Part shown: piece after piece, positions 35,578 through 47,843 of the stretch
Layout of the letters: every line of letters begins with the position of its first letter
How positions within the stretch are numbered: the first letter of the stretch is position 1
DNA from: Paramoeba atlantica
Lineage: Eukaryota; Protista; Discosea
Reading direction: 5' to 3'
NCBI GenBank assembly: GCA_977017575.1
Contig: CDRNVI010000026.1
Span: 248,001 to 312,000, forward strand
DNA: 64,000 bases
Position numbers and translations under genes: made by a program
Notes under the pieces: generated by a model
The model's database searches: none
What the model saw: the letters and a program-made list of their open reading frames with translations, nothing else
Told to the model about the DNA's origin: nothing

Positions 35578-35739
35578 TTACCGTAGAAACTTCAATTAAG
35601 GGTAATTAGAATTAAAGCAACTTTAATTAAGGCAATAATTAATGTTTTGTCATTTTGCGGCAACAATTAGGAAAAATGCAATTTAATAATTCCGTCTCAG
35701 ACTTCTCCTTTCAATAGTCGTTCAATGATTTTTAGCTTG

Positions 35740-36120
35740 CGCGCAGAAGGTACGCAAGTAGCCCAAACGGTTGCGGTGACGACTCGAAAAAATAACTTAT
35801 CCGAAATTTTAATGTAAGTAGTACCAGATCGCACTGCTGGTTCTCTTGTCCCCGGAATTACAGAGCTAGCCGCAGGAGAACGTACCAGAATTTGGACAGA
35901 CGACGCTCGTCACAATATTCGTCTCGGGCAGAACTACAAGTGGGAAAGCGTCAACCACCGTCAACAGTGGGTCACAGAGGAAGGTGTGCATACAAACACT
36001 GTGGAGTGTGCGAACTCAATCGTCAAGAAGCGTTCAAAGCGTGAAGGTGGTGTGTTGGACAGGAAAGCCGCCCGGAGAGAAGATCGGGTACAGGCCTACG
36101 CAGAGCAAGGAAGCGGAAGT
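35740..36120 (+). mobile_element. Merlin (IS1016/IS1595-like) transposase fragment
   Basis: VVPDRTAGSL, RIWTDD, SVNHRQQWVTEEGVHTNTVEC: the D/VNH/HTN.E motifs of DDE_Tnp_IS1595, with stops and a frameshift. Confidence 0.8.
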
Positions 36121-36770
36121 TTGAAGTGTAATGGGGGGGATGCTTTGTTGCGCGTGCTTGAAATTTTTAAAAGACCATTGCGCTTGCGTATATGTATAGT
36201 GTCCGCTTTTTTAGTCCAAAGTTGTCAGTGTTTACACATTTTTTGAGCAATTTTTGAACAGATTTATGAAAAAAAACGAAAAAATCGAATTTTGCTTCAG
36301 TTTAGCCCCTTTCAATGATCGTTTTAGCTTTTCTCTCACACGTTGAACTGGTTGACGACCATAAAGGGGGGCAAAACAGGCGAAGCTCGTCTAGAAAAGT
36401 TCAAAAAACACGATAAATGATCAGAAATTGAACATTTTTAACATAAATGTGATATTTATGCTACAAACGACAGTATTTACATAGAATTTTTTCGGGCTTT
36501 TAGAGGGCTCAAACCACCTGGGTTTGCCTGGGTTCTCTAATTTTCTATATTGTATTAGGCAACTCAGTTTCTTCCATGACGAAAAGCACAGTGTATTCTT
36601 TAATGCTTTTTTCGCAAAATAAGTAACTTATTTTTCTTAGATTTTGTATTTATCCTGAACATACCACAATAGAATGCTACATCTATGATCTTCCGCCTGA
36701 CGACGATGAGTTTGTCGTAAATGAGTTTTCCTCTCCGGATTCCGAGAAATATGTCTCCCTCAGAAAATGG

Positions 36771-37571
36771 GTGGTGTTTACGTTGCGAGAAACGTTTCGC
36801 ATCCCTCTTGTCCGGACGGAAAGCACGATGCAATGGCTCCGCATGAGCAAGGCGGAAAGAAACGCCATGAAGTACGCTCCAGAACTCATGTATCGCATGG
36901 AAGACAATATTGTCTCTCTGTGCGTCAAGTGGGTGACAGACAGGCTTCGTCTGATATCTGATGCCGAGAGCAACGCGTCAGAAACACTATGTAACGTCAG
37001 AATTGACGGTGACATTCTGATTCATGGATTAGTGATTCTCACTAAAGCCCGTACGACGGGACTGCTCTACTTCAAGGATTCCGAGCGTTCCGAAAATCAC
37101 GGCATTCGAGAGGAGGAGATGCCTGCGTATTGGCGTTGGAAGGTGACCGAGACTTGGTCCTTGGCAATTGAGGATCTACCTGCGGAAAGCATGGCCACTC
37201 ACATGGTAGCTTTCTTGAAAGAAAGGTATAAAGGCGTATTCGAGAGTTCGAAGCGCGATCGAGAGCAATTAAGTGAGTGGTTTAGGGCCATGTGGCGAAG
37301 CTTGCGCGGTCACAACGTTCAAAGTGGTCAAAACTACCGTGATCGAAGCAAGAAACTGAAAGATAAAGTTGAAGAATGTTGTGACGTTTTATCACGGACT
37401 GTGACTGACGTAAAGAGAATCGTTGTGGAAGTGGAAGAGCTGCGTAAGGAAGTAAGTACTTTGAAAAACGAAGTTTGTTGTCTTGAATGCGAAAATAAAC
37501 GAGATGACTCGAAAAGTGTAGAAAGTAGTTCAAAAAGGCACAAGCCTTACAGTCTCACGGGTATTCGCTAA
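36771..37571 (+). CDS. Unknown ORF with C-terminal coiled coil, probable accessory ORF of the Harbinger-like element
   Basis: The frame is open from 36627. It lies directly upstream of the transposase and ends in a heptad-like VEVEELRKEVSTLKNEV. Confidence 0.5.
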   Translation: MVFTLRETFRIPLVRTESTMQWLRMSKAERNAMKYAPELMYRMEDNIVSLCVKWVTDRLRLISDAESNASETLCNVRIDGDILIHGLVILTKARTTGLLYFKDSERSENHGIREEEMPAYWRWKVTETWSLAIEDLPAESMATHMVAFLKERYKGVFESSKRDREQLSEWFRAMWRSLRGHNVQSGQNYRDRSKKLKDKVEECCDVLSRTVTDVKRIVVEVEELRKEVSTLKNEVCCLECENKRDDSKSVESSSKRHKPYSLTGIR

Positions 37572-37718
37572 AGATCACTAAAGATACGAAATTTTTGAAG
37601 GAAGCAAAGCACGCTTTTTGGACCAGACCTGTGGAAGTACAGTGTGTATACTTGTAACGTACATGCATGTATTCTTGTGTAACCCCGTCACATCATATTT
37701 TTATGTTGTCATACTTTT

Positions 37719-38835
37719 ATGTCATTTCTCAAAACTTTAATGCTGTTACAGATCAATAAGGTTTGTCGTGAACTAACCGGGTACTCGCACGAAGTGGTTG
37801 AAGTGCTTTCACATCGTTTGCACTGTGACTTCCTCAGCGTTTGTTGTGCCTCGGCGACGGCCCACCTTAACCTCACGCATGCGCAGGCCTCTGTTGTGCT
37901 CGCTCCATATTTGGGTGAGTATTTGTCCCCTACATGGGTGTGGAAAAAGAATGTTCTTCCTGTCTTAAAGGCTTCTGATCGGGTTGGAAACTTGGCAAGA
38001 ACGGAAAGACGTTATACCGTGCGAGAACCAAATTTTATATTGTGCACTAGCATCGTAGATGGGCTTCCGTTGTACAGCAGAGGGTCTAGCGAGCTCTACA
38101 ACGGCATGTAAGTATTGGTCGTTTCAAGTATTAATCATGATGGACGGATGCCCTCTTTTTTGGAGTGGGCCGTTTGAGGGTCGATCCCACTGTCTGGCAA
38201 GAGCGGGAATTCCAGGATTTTTTCATCGCGTCGATGAATTAGTTATGGCTGACAAGGCCTATAAAAATGTTCGACACTGTCTTTGTCAGGAAATCGGATC
38301 CAACATAGATGAAGTCTATGACATGAAGTTTCGTAGGATCCGAAACAGAGTCGAACGCTTCATTGCTCTCTTAAAGCAGCATCAATTTTTCTATAAAAAT
38401 CGTCATAAGAAGCACGTTCTACGTTCATTCTTTGGCTTGCTATGGAACGCTGAGTGCATTCACTGGGAAGTCGAAAAGCCAAATCTTTACCCCGATTCCG
38501 TGGAACACTTAAAGGAAAGGGATTCGCGAGTCGGTGAGTGGAAGACACGAAGTTTCTGCTCCTGTAAGTTTCATAAGGATGATAAAGAAGATCAAGCGTA
38601 TATCAAAAAGTATCGCGATCATACTAAACTACTAGTTCATATGGCCGGAGTGCGCCCTGGTAAATGTCCTGCACACGGGTTAAAAGGAAAAACTACGTAT
38701 GAGAGATTGACGAAGAGCGCGATAAAGGAGAGAGATTCTGAAATAAGAAATCAGAAAAGAATTGATCAGCAGGAACGAAGGAAACAAAGCAAACGACTTA
38801 ATCGTCAAGCTCTTTCGGAATTCCATAATGAATGA
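37719..38835 (+). mobile_element. PIF/Harbinger-like (DDE_Tnp_4) transposase with frameshift near 38100
   Basis: RELTGYS N-terminus, SIVDG, FQVLIMMDG...GPFEGRSH, VMADKAY, RIRNRVERFIALLK. An 8-nt deletion relative to the 23.5-kb paralog shifts the frame. Confidence 0.75.
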
Positions 38836-39522
38836 AATAATTAAAAGAAATCACAAGAAACGGCCGCAGAAGAATCACAATGTGGGGTTTTGGGGTGACG
38901 TTTTGTGGTTTAGGCCAGGGTCGATAGTTCATTTTGCTCGCCCTTGTCTGTTCCCCAGCTCTGTTGCAAGAGCAATCAACATTTTCGACAAGAATGTGGA
39001 TGTCCCATCTGCTGAGGAGCCGTTTTTCAAGCTTTCACGTAAAGAGTGGTTCCCCTGGCAAAGAGCTTTGCCGCCATTTTTTTCATGTATCCCCTGGGTA
39101 AAAACGCCAGGGAAACTGGTGCAACCGGGGCTTGGGCGCTTATTGGATAGCAGCAACTCCGTGCATCACAAACCATTGTTCTTCGTTGTGAATAAGTGCG
39201 TGGCCGGACTTCTCAGGGTGTTACCGTAGACTGCCCCCTAGTACCATACCTTAGTACCTTAGTACCATACCTTGGTATCTTTAGTACCATACCTGTGAGT
39301 CCAGTAAGAGAGATTAGGCCCTTTTTGGGCTGAGCCCCAGTAAGGGAGATTTGGTTCGATTGGCTGAGCCAGTGGGGGTGACTGGACGGGGGAGCGTGGT
39401 TGGGCGAGGTGACGGTACTTGGGCGGGCGGTGATGTCTTTTTTAGACGCTTCAAATAGCCGTATGAACCTGCAAATGCCGTAAAAAGATTTGAAAAGATA
39501 TTTGAATCATTTGTGAATTGCA

Positions 39523-39790
39523 TTATTCCATCGAGTAATGAATAGTTGAGTGCTCTGACATCCGCCGTCCTCGTCGAAGGCATGGGACTAGATCTGTTCC
39601 TTCGTGAGTCAAGTGCCCAGCGCATCCATGTCGCAGGCAATGAAACGACCATGTCTGTTGTTGATTCCTTTTAACCTGATGAGCAATGCGTGAAGCATAG
39701 GGGAGTGGAACCCCAGGAAAGACAAACCCCATGCTGGAAAAGAAAGGGAAACAATAAGTGTCGGCAGCGCCTTTCTCGTCAAAACTAAAA
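39523..39790 (-). mobile_element. Tyrosine recombinase C-terminal fragment (DIRS/VIPER/TATE- or Crypton-like)
   Basis: WSFHCLRHGCAGHLTHEG..L..GRRMSEHSTIHY, i.e. HxxR box II followed by G-R and the catalytic Tyr. Confidence 0.6.
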
Positions 39791-39896
39791 AAATAAACTT
39801 TTTTTTATATTCTGTTATTACATAGCCCACTGAGACATTTTTTGTGTGACACTTACTTCAAACTCTACTTTTTTGCAAGCAGAATATTTTTTTCAT

Positions 39897-40538
39897 ATGG
39901 AGAGTATACAGAGGTGCGATTTGCGACGGAGTCAATTCAGGCATGCCTCTATGCCTGAGAAAGCCTTGACGCAATTTTTACGTAATATTGTTCACGATGA
40001 ACCCTCATGGGATCCACGCGTTCCGTTGTCACAGTGGCGCGGCGTACGAAGAGAAGGCAATTCTATTGATTGGCGCAGAGTTCAAGAGCACGAAATCGTG
40101 CTTTCTGGCAATTTTACTTGGGAATACCTTCCTGAAAATGTTCATTTCTTTCGAATCTCTCAACAAGGTCTCTCGGGTCCGGTTGATACTGCATTGTTAC
40201 CCATCGAAATGGAAATCTTGGACATTTCCTACAATACATTTTATGGAATACTTGACCTAACAAGTCTCCCACCAAATATGCGAAAACTTTATGCTCACTT
40301 CAACTCATTTGGTGGGAGAATTTCTCTTTCATCTTTACCTGAAGGCATGGAACTGATAAACTTGTCATGGAATTATTTCAAGGGTGTTGCCGACGCATCT
40401 AACGTACCTGATTCCTTGAGTTTTTTGCATTTGCATGGAAACGACATCATCCTATTTCCCGAAGAATTAAGCGTTAGAAACGTAATGAGTGATGCGGACA
40501 AGGTTAATGACTGGGGTTTTGTTGCATATTTGACATGA
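39897..40538 (+). CDS. LRR protein, paralog 9
   Basis: SWDPRVPLSQWRGV cap, GNFTWEYLP, LP..M/L repeats. Confidence 0.85.
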   Translation: MESIQRCDLRRSQFRHASMPEKALTQFLRNIVHDEPSWDPRVPLSQWRGVRREGNSIDWRRVQEHEIVLSGNFTWEYLPENVHFFRISQQGLSGPVDTALLPIEMEILDISYNTFYGILDLTSLPPNMRKLYAHFNSFGGRISLSSLPEGMELINLSWNYFKGVADASNVPDSLSFLHLHGNDIILFPEELSVRNVMSDADKVNDWGFVAYLT

Positions 40539-42236
40539 TTAGGCTACATGGCCCTGGGTGCATGGCTGATTTCACCCGATACTTAGTCTTGAAAATTATG
40601 TAACTCAGTACCTCACATCTGTTTCTCTGTGGTCTTCTGTGGGCAAAGATCAAGTTCATACCTATTCATATGCCTTCATCTATACATAAAGAAAATACTA
40701 TAATTTGTAAGAATTTAATCAAACTTTTGTGCATAATATAGACTTGTATGATAAGCTATGTTTTTATTTAGCGTAGACGTTTTTATTTACCGGGTAGACA
40801 TTGTAAACATATTGTAGAAACAAGCTGCAGGTATATAGATGTATGATGATAAGATAGTGATGTTGAATATGTGAGATTGCACAAAACTACTTCACTTCGC
40901 ATTAATTACTGTGCCCCCGCACTTTTAGTGTCTTTTTGCAAAAAAATGAATAAAATTGTAGGAAAAATATTTGACCTTTTTTTACCAAAAACGTAGAGTA
41001 AATATGGTGTAAATTTCTACTATTTACAACATTTCTAATATTTAAGGAAATCATTGAAACTTGGTCATTAGTTCCCTTTATCCATTCAATGACTGCTGAT
41101 TCTCACGAAAACGAGGCACCAGACAAAGCACACACTCGTGAATCGGCGATTTCAGGTCCTTTGGTCCGATGATTTACGGTTATTCCACCAGTGCCGAGAA
41201 TAGGCCCCCTTGTGGCCAGCCGTTCTTCTCCCAACACACTTGATTCTCTTGCCATCAGCACACCTAGGACCTCTAGAGTGTGTTTAACTATGTAAGAGAA
41301 TTTGAATGTCTGTTTGAGCGAATTCAACGCAAAAATGCTGAGCGAAATGTATCGGATCAGTTTAAGAACTGTCCGAAGCACATACGTACTCTAAAGGTGA
41401 CCTGCAGTGACCTCACTACAGGTTACTACATTTTTTATTAATGAGATGACGCAAACTTGAGGACGCAAAACCGCCCCGCATCTCGGGGGTTAAGACATCT
41501 GTTTCGGAAAATTATATATGTAATAATATATGTAATCATGCGGTATTTGAGAGTACTGTCACCCATGTAACCTACTAGTATCAAATTTTTATGACGGCAA
41601 TCAATATGGCGTTCATATTACTGACATGCATGTCATTCTAAAAATTCGTGATCCTTAGAATCATGATCCTTAGAATCCCTTCATAGATGATGACCTTATT
41701 GCTCTTGTCTACCTCGTCGTCGAGCATTAGAGTCTACACTGTAGACTCTACAGAACCTCTGACGACACTCAGGCGCCATATATCGCTCTGGAGTCGAAAG
41801 CTTAGAATGATGGCACTGATCTTGAACAGAAGCGTCTAAATGCTCAGACGCATGCCACTTGATTGGACGCCTGGAATAGGAATTCTAGGAGGCGTTTTAG
41901 CAAGAAGGTAGCTGTACTACGCGAGACCTGTTTTCTCCGCAATCGTTTCGCACCTCGCGCCGTGAAACCGTTGGCAGCCCAGAGCGCTCTGGTATTGGAT
42001 CAACATTTGCTTTGCATTGGTTTCACTTGCTGAATCGCTCCCGTGATATTGCGGCGAAGATCTGCGACTGTGAAACCCAGCCAGGATGAAGTCCGACACG
42101 ATAATAACACTCAGATATGCAAAATGCAACAAAAATTAGGCAAAACGGTCATACGATAGTTTTCGTGCACCCCCCCCCACTGTATAATGACAGCTCTCCT
42201 TTCTTCACGTTATTTTCGATAAAGACCTTTTACGAG

Positions 42237-42824
42237 ATGATATATTCGTCTTTTGCAAACGCCGCCGACAATATTCCATCCTCTCGACTGGGAAAAATTC
42301 GAGGTGTTCACTTACCTACTGAATACGAACTTGAGAAGTTGATAAGAGGTGTACAGAACCCGCATTCCTCATGGAGCGCGAACACACCTGCATGCGAGTG
42401 GCATGAGGTAACCTGCAATGAGGAAGGAGATGTCACAAGGATAGAGTGGTCCGGTCTCGGTTTGCGTGGTACATTGGATTGGAAGCACATTCCAAAAACC
42501 GCAAAGTATGTCGACGTCATGAACAATGAGATCGAGGGAACACTTGAGCTATCAGCACTTCCACGTGAATTAGAAAAATTTTGGGCTGGAGAGAACAAAC
42601 TTTCTGGCTCTCTTCAATTCTGTGATCTTCCACCAACACTAGAAATACTTAACTTAAGTGAAAACTACTTTACTGGGCATGCTGACTTGTCTTGTCTTCC
42701 ATCTGAGCTTAGAGGCATGAATATTTCGGGCAATAAAGGTTTGAGAGGTACTGTGCATACGTCGAATCTCTCTGAAACTTTGACATACAGGTGTGTTCGG
42801 AACACGAAGATCACTTTTATTTAG
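42237..42824 (+). CDS. LRR protein, paralog 10
   Basis: SRLGKIRGVHLPTEYEL motif and W.ANTPACEWHEVTC cap. Confidence 0.85.
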   Translation: MIYSSFANAADNIPSSRLGKIRGVHLPTEYELEKLIRGVQNPHSSWSANTPACEWHEVTCNEEGDVTRIEWSGLGLRGTLDWKHIPKTAKYVDVMNNEIEGTLELSALPRELEKFWAGENKLSGSLQFCDLPPTLEILNLSENYFTGHADLSCLPSELRGMNISGNKGLRGTVHTSNLSETLTYRCVRNTKITFI

Positions 42825-43265
42825 GGTGCGCAGAATCATAAAAAAGAATACAATGATGCATGTACGATGTTTTTGAGTCTTAATTTTTTTGTTGTTAAGA
42901 AGCAGTCTGCTAGGCTTCGTATTTGTGACAAAGCTGAATATTTCTTCTTATTCCTATTCGCTCTGCTCATTTCCTGTTTATATTAAGAGTCACTTACTCA
43001 AAATAAGACACAATTAAAGGTAGAGATAATTTATGTTTTTCTGAGAAATTTGCTCTTCAATAACAAGGCAAATGACCCATTGAAATGAGATAGATATCTT
43101 GTTACCGTAGGATCAGCGAGATCGGTCAAATGCGCTATTCTTTTCTAAAATACAACAAAAGATCGCAAAAATCTCGCGCTCAAATAGATCGCAAAAATAG
43201 ACCCCTGGTCCTTCTATTTCCGTCCCTGTCTCTATTCACTTTGCTGAATCACTTTATACGTTTTC

Positions 43266-44618
43266 ATGGTCCGAAAGATGCGTAAGCGAGCGAGACGTTC
43301 ACGCGAGTTCCAGCACCGTGCTTTACTTCTTTCCTATATTGGGACATCCTACCGGGGGTTACAACTCCAGCCGGAGCACTCGGATACAATAGACGACGCT
43401 CTCCTTCGTGCGGTTCACGAGGAGGGGCTGCTGCCCGAGTACCCTGGGGGGAGCCTGCGCTATCACCGTAGCTGTCGCACCGATAAGGGTGTCCATGCGC
43501 TACGGAATTTAGTCTCCCTTGAGGTTCCCCGTGAGATTTTTCACGATTCGGGAAGTGAAACAAAAACAGAGGCGTGTTACGTTCGTCGGATCAATGAGCG
43601 ATTGCCCCATGATATCAACGTTATTCGTTTCCCTCGTGTCACTTCGGATTTTCGCGCGCGAGAGTCGTGTTCCCGTCGTCGGTATCACTATCTTATCCCC
43701 TTGTACGCATTGGAGCCTGAGGCGGATGACGCGGAAGACTTTAAAAGAGTATTGGAACAAAAGGAGCTTTCGCACACCGCGGGAAGAAAGATTGAAATGA
43801 TGTGTCAGAACGATGACAATGGATGCGATGAGGTTAAGAATGCCACGAAATCATCACCGTCCTCCAAGTCTTCTAATGAATCCCATACCCCAGCGTTGGT
43901 TCCTTACTATACAGACTTGGTGCGCCGTTTTAACGAATACGCGTCGCAATTTCTCGGAGTGCACTGCTTTCATAATTTCGTAGGTGAAAAAGAACGACTG
44001 ACCTCCAAGAGTGATGAAAGCGTGCGAGTGATTCACCAATGTGAGATCTTGACAGGCAATTTCCTCTATCTGGCGTCCGATCCCGTAGTTGAGTACGTCG
44101 TCTTTTGCATCGAAGCCCAGAGTTTTCTTCTTCACATGATTCAAAAAGTTGTGGGTACATGTATTGCTCTCTGTCGTGGGGTACCCAGTGATTTGCTCGA
44201 GAAAGCTCTGCAAAAAGGGTACGTCGTAGATACTCCGCTATCGCCGGCATCGAATTTATATCTGCACACTCCCTACTACTACACTTATGACAAAAACCAC
44301 AATATCCGGATGCGTCAGACCTGTTCTCAGAGTACCAATGCGTGCGTTGGTCTTCCTTGTAGTGATTCACATGTTCAGCCAAACGAAAATGGTCGTTCAT
44401 TAACAGAGAGCTCAGTTCCACTGCAGGAGGAAACTGCTCCGTCGGAAGATCTTTTTCCTAAGATAAGTTCCTTGTGGGAGTCTTCGGAAGCCATTGATCG
44501 CTTTCAACGTCGCATATGGGAAGAAATTGGACGTATTGAGAAGGAAAGCATGTCCATGACCAAATTTATTAGAATGCTCCGGATGCATAACTGGAGCATA
44601 CGCAAGGAGAGCGTGTGA
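43266..44618 (+). CDS. PUS1: tRNA pseudouridine synthase, TruA/PUS1 family
   Basis: LSYIGTSYRGLQ, SCRTDKGVHA (catalytic Asp), R.Y.YL.P, G.HCFHNF, QSFLLHMIQKVVG. Confidence 0.85.
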   Translation: MVRKMRKRARRSREFQHRALLLSYIGTSYRGLQLQPEHSDTIDDALLRAVHEEGLLPEYPGGSLRYHRSCRTDKGVHALRNLVSLEVPREIFHDSGSETKTEACYVRRINERLPHDINVIRFPRVTSDFRARESCSRRRYHYLIPLYALEPEADDAEDFKRVLEQKELSHTAGRKIEMMCQNDDNGCDEVKNATKSSPSSKSSNESHTPALVPYYTDLVRRFNEYASQFLGVHCFHNFVGEKERLTSKSDESVRVIHQCEILTGNFLYLASDPVVEYVVFCIEAQSFLLHMIQKVVGTCIALCRGVPSDLLEKALQKGYVVDTPLSPASNLYLHTPYYYTYDKNHNIRMRQTCSQSTNACVGLPCSDSHVQPNENGRSLTESSVPLQEETAPSEDLFPKISSLWESSEAIDRFQRRIWEEIGRIEKESMSMTKFIRMLRMHNWSIRKESV

Positions 44619-44907
44619 ACAACTGATGTTCATCAAAGCTCTGTGCGCATCAATTCTCTATACGTGCCGCATGACGGGCTTCATTTCGAAAGGGGATTTT
44701 TACTGGTCAGTGGATTTTACAATGTGTTTTGTTCACTTTAGATTTTCATAGTGTGAGGCATAGTCCTTTCTTTTTGATAGTGATTCCGCAGGAATAGCTT
44801 GTAGGCATCATCAATGTGTTTCTTATACACTGTTTTCAGTTGAAAACAACGTCAAATGTTTGAATGAAGCTCGAATATATTCGTACTAATAAAATCAAAG
44901 CAACAGG

Positions 44908-45531
44908 ATGTCTTTTGCTTGTCTGAGTGCTGCCGACGCAGGTTGTCGACCAAGCAAAGTACGAGGCGCCATCTTACCACAGGAGTACACTCTATTAAGA
45001 TTTCTAAGCAAAGCTAACTTCTCAGATACATCCTGGAGCACTCAGACTCCAGCTTGTGATTGGACGGGTATTACATGCAATGCAGACCAAGCGGTAATTC
45101 ATATAGATTGGAGCTTTGATCTTTTTGCAACTGATCCTCCTGATGTTCATGGTGAACTTCTTTGGCAGCACATGCCGCGTACTGTTATGCATTTCGAAGC
45201 CAGATACCAGCTCTTGTCAGGGCCCGTAGAATTACCAGACTTACCTCCTGATTTACAGGAATTCGACATAAATAACAATAAGTGCGACGGTTCATTGGAA
45301 TTCACTAGTTTGCCCCGCAGAATTGAAATCTTAGTTTTGCGAAATAATATGTTTTTTGGTACCATTGATTTGACAAGTCTGCCGGTGGCGATCCGTACGA
45401 TTGATTTGAGCCGCAATCAATTATGTGGGGAATTAAATTTTATAAAGCTTCCTGCGAGTCTCCAAAGGTTGAATCTTTCAGATAATGGCTACATAAAGCC
45501 TGATCGATTACCTGCAGTTGTCCTTATGTAG
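44908..45531 (+). CDS. LRR protein, paralog 11
   Basis: RPSKVRGAILPQEYTL motif. Same subfamily as LRR-b. Confidence 0.85.
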   Translation: MSFACLSAADAGCRPSKVRGAILPQEYTLLRFLSKANFSDTSWSTQTPACDWTGITCNADQAVIHIDWSFDLFATDPPDVHGELLWQHMPRTVMHFEARYQLLSGPVELPDLPPDLQEFDINNNKCDGSLEFTSLPRRIEILVLRNNMFFGTIDLTSLPVAIRTIDLSRNQLCGELNFIKLPASLQRLNLSDNGYIKPDRLPAVVLM

Positions 45532-45855
45532 CGGAATACAAAATCGTAAGTAAGACACCCGTCTCTAAATACAATACTACTATTGTAGTACACCCCCGCG
45601 CAAATGTGTTATAATTTATTAGTATCGATCACGATTTTTGGAATCTCTTTCGGGTTCCTGTCATTAGTACACGAGAAACCTTGAAGACTCAGCGACTTGC
45701 GAAGCGTATCCAACTACACTTCAGTACTTATCCAAATATCAGATATTCATTTGGAAACGTAATGTAGCTCTAAAGTTTATATAATCAAAACTAGGAGCTT
45801 ACCGTGTTAGGTGACTCTTATTGTAGTACTAATTACTGCTTTCAGTGTATTTCAA

Positions 45856-46563
45856 ATGAATGCAGCACCACCCAAACGACGTAAGTTGGGAAAAGTCAGC
45901 ATGGCTTCTCTCCCTCAAGAAGCAGAAATGGAAAGATTTTTAAGGGATATGTCTAGGCCACAAGGCTTCCAATGGAATTTTACTGCCTCGCCTTGCACAT
46001 GGAGAGGTGTAGAGTGCGATTTTCGGAACCAAATACGTCGTATAGATTGGTCTAACCTTTCACTCCTTGGCCAGCTGAACTGGAAATATACCCCTCGCAA
46101 CCTGCACTCTTTCAAAGCCCACAACAACCAGATCCACGGCATGCTTGTTTTAGATTTGCTACCTAAAGGGCTCCGCTTGATAGATTTAACAAAAAACGAC
46201 CTCATGAAAACATTAAACTTGTCCAACTTGCCCGAGAATATCCGCGATGTTTTTCTAGGAAGAAACTCATTTTCCGGACCCATTGACTTAACTGCTCTCC
46301 CCTGTTCGCTACAATGGCTATCGCTTCAGTACAACCTCTTCAACGGGGAGCTCGATCTCACTCACCTTCCAGAGAATCTACAAGCTCTGCGTTTAAACAA
46401 CAATGAATTTGTCGGCAGCGTTGCTCTCTCTGCTCTTCCCCGATCGCTTACTGAGCTCACTTTGGATCACAACAAACTGACTAAAATTCCGGACACCTCT
46501 TGTATGCGGCGACCTCTAGAAAACCTAACTTATTATATGAATTATTTTGAAACGGAGTCTTAG
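45856..46563 (+). CDS. LRR protein, paralog 12
   Basis: PPKRRKLGKVSMASLPQEAEM motif (NLS-like basic patch) and PCTWRGVEC cap. Confidence 0.85.
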   Translation: MNAAPPKRRKLGKVSMASLPQEAEMERFLRDMSRPQGFQWNFTASPCTWRGVECDFRNQIRRIDWSNLSLLGQLNWKYTPRNLHSFKAHNNQIHGMLVLDLLPKGLRLIDLTKNDLMKTLNLSNLPENIRDVFLGRNSFSGPIDLTALPCSLQWLSLQYNLFNGELDLTHLPENLQALRLNNNEFVGSVALSALPRSLTELTLDHNKLTKIPDTSCMRRPLENLTYYMNYFETES

Positions 46564-46668
46564 AAAAACAAATGGTGAAAGTCAAGCATTATTTCACAAA
46601 ACAAACTTTTTTTTCTCATTTGATCATATTTTACTCGCAAAGTGTTTTTAGGATATTTTTCGCATATA

Positions 46669-47421
46669 CAGTGGTGTTCAGCGTCTTTTGCCCCCCCTAC
46701 AGGTCTTGTATTTTGTCCGATTTTGGAAATATTTGGTATACCACCGTTTTTCGACCCAATCGTTCCGAATCCGAAGTCCTTTTCACTCGAGCGACCCCCT
46801 ACCCCCCTAGCCAGGTAGGGGTCAAAAAAGCTAATTACAACTTTTTTGGGTTCATTTTTTTGAATATTTCGGATGAGGAACAGCAATAAAGTAGGTCAGA
46901 AGACGTGGAAAAAGAGTGCAAAGTAATCTCTAGTATTTAGTCATATGCACTTTAGTCTCCTTGACCAAAAGAAAACGTTTACTATAGTCCCGGAAGGCTT
47001 TCTTAAACGTTTCTGGTTAATCTTCAGAAAAAAAAGCGAAAAGTTTCAATGATGGACCCGGGGCTAAGTTTATAAAGTTCTTCGAGTGTCTTATAGAACT
47101 TAAGTCGCTTTCAATCGATCGCGAGTGCCGTGCGCATCTCGGGGCACACGAGGCAGGAAGGTAAGCACACGGGGCAGTGCTTTTTCGTCATGAATCACCA
47201 ACAAGTGTACCAATTATAAAAAAAATGTACTCTGTGAAAAAAAAATCGACTTTTTTGCATTTTGTTTTCCGGTTTAGGTGTGATACAGGTGTCCACGAGT
47301 GAAAAGGACCTCGGATTCGGAACGATTCCGGTCGAAAAACAGTCCCATACAAAATATTTCCAAAATCGAACAAAATGCAAGACCTGTATGGGGGGGGGGT
47401 AAAAGAGGCTGAACACTACTG
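46669..47421. mobile_element. Non-autonomous Tc1-like element, 753 bp, ~125-bp TIRs
   Basis: TA|CAGTGGTGTTCAG ... CTGAACACTACTG|TA. An internal minus-strand remnant resembles a transposase C-terminus. Confidence 0.8.
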
Positions 47422-47843
47422 TATTTTATTTGCACTATTCTCGATGGATTGCTTGTTTTTCTCCGATTTCGAATGTACAGATAGTATTAGCTATATTGTG
47501 CTCGCCCGCGCCCACAAAAATTGTCTTTGGCATTCAAAAAAATGCCTTTTTTTCTTCCCGAAAATTGGCTTTGACCAAACAAATTTAAAATATGGATAAA
47601 AAAGATGCACATTGTTTTACGTTTTTATTTGTGCCAATATGGTTAGATTCACAGTGTTGTATTTGAGGTTTGCGTAATAAATTATTTCTTTCTCTGTATT
47701 ATTGAAACAGTCTCGTTTCAGTTTTTTGCTTAGAAAGTTTTAGCTGTTGAAAGCACAGTTCTTGTGTGCTACTCAACAAGCTCACCACGGACCAGTTTAC
47801 TGAATGTTAATTTGAAGACTACGCTTCGATAAATCTAGTTCCA

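Noticed and set aside
41455-41495. piggyBac terminus (GGGGG|TTAA)
   Set aside because: No partner end or piggyBac transposase was found.
41686-41762. C/D snoRNA candidate (GATGATGA...CTGA)
   Set aside because: I could not match the guide to rRNA, it is single copy, and the interior is a simple palindrome (TAGAGTCTACA-C-TGTAGACTCTA).
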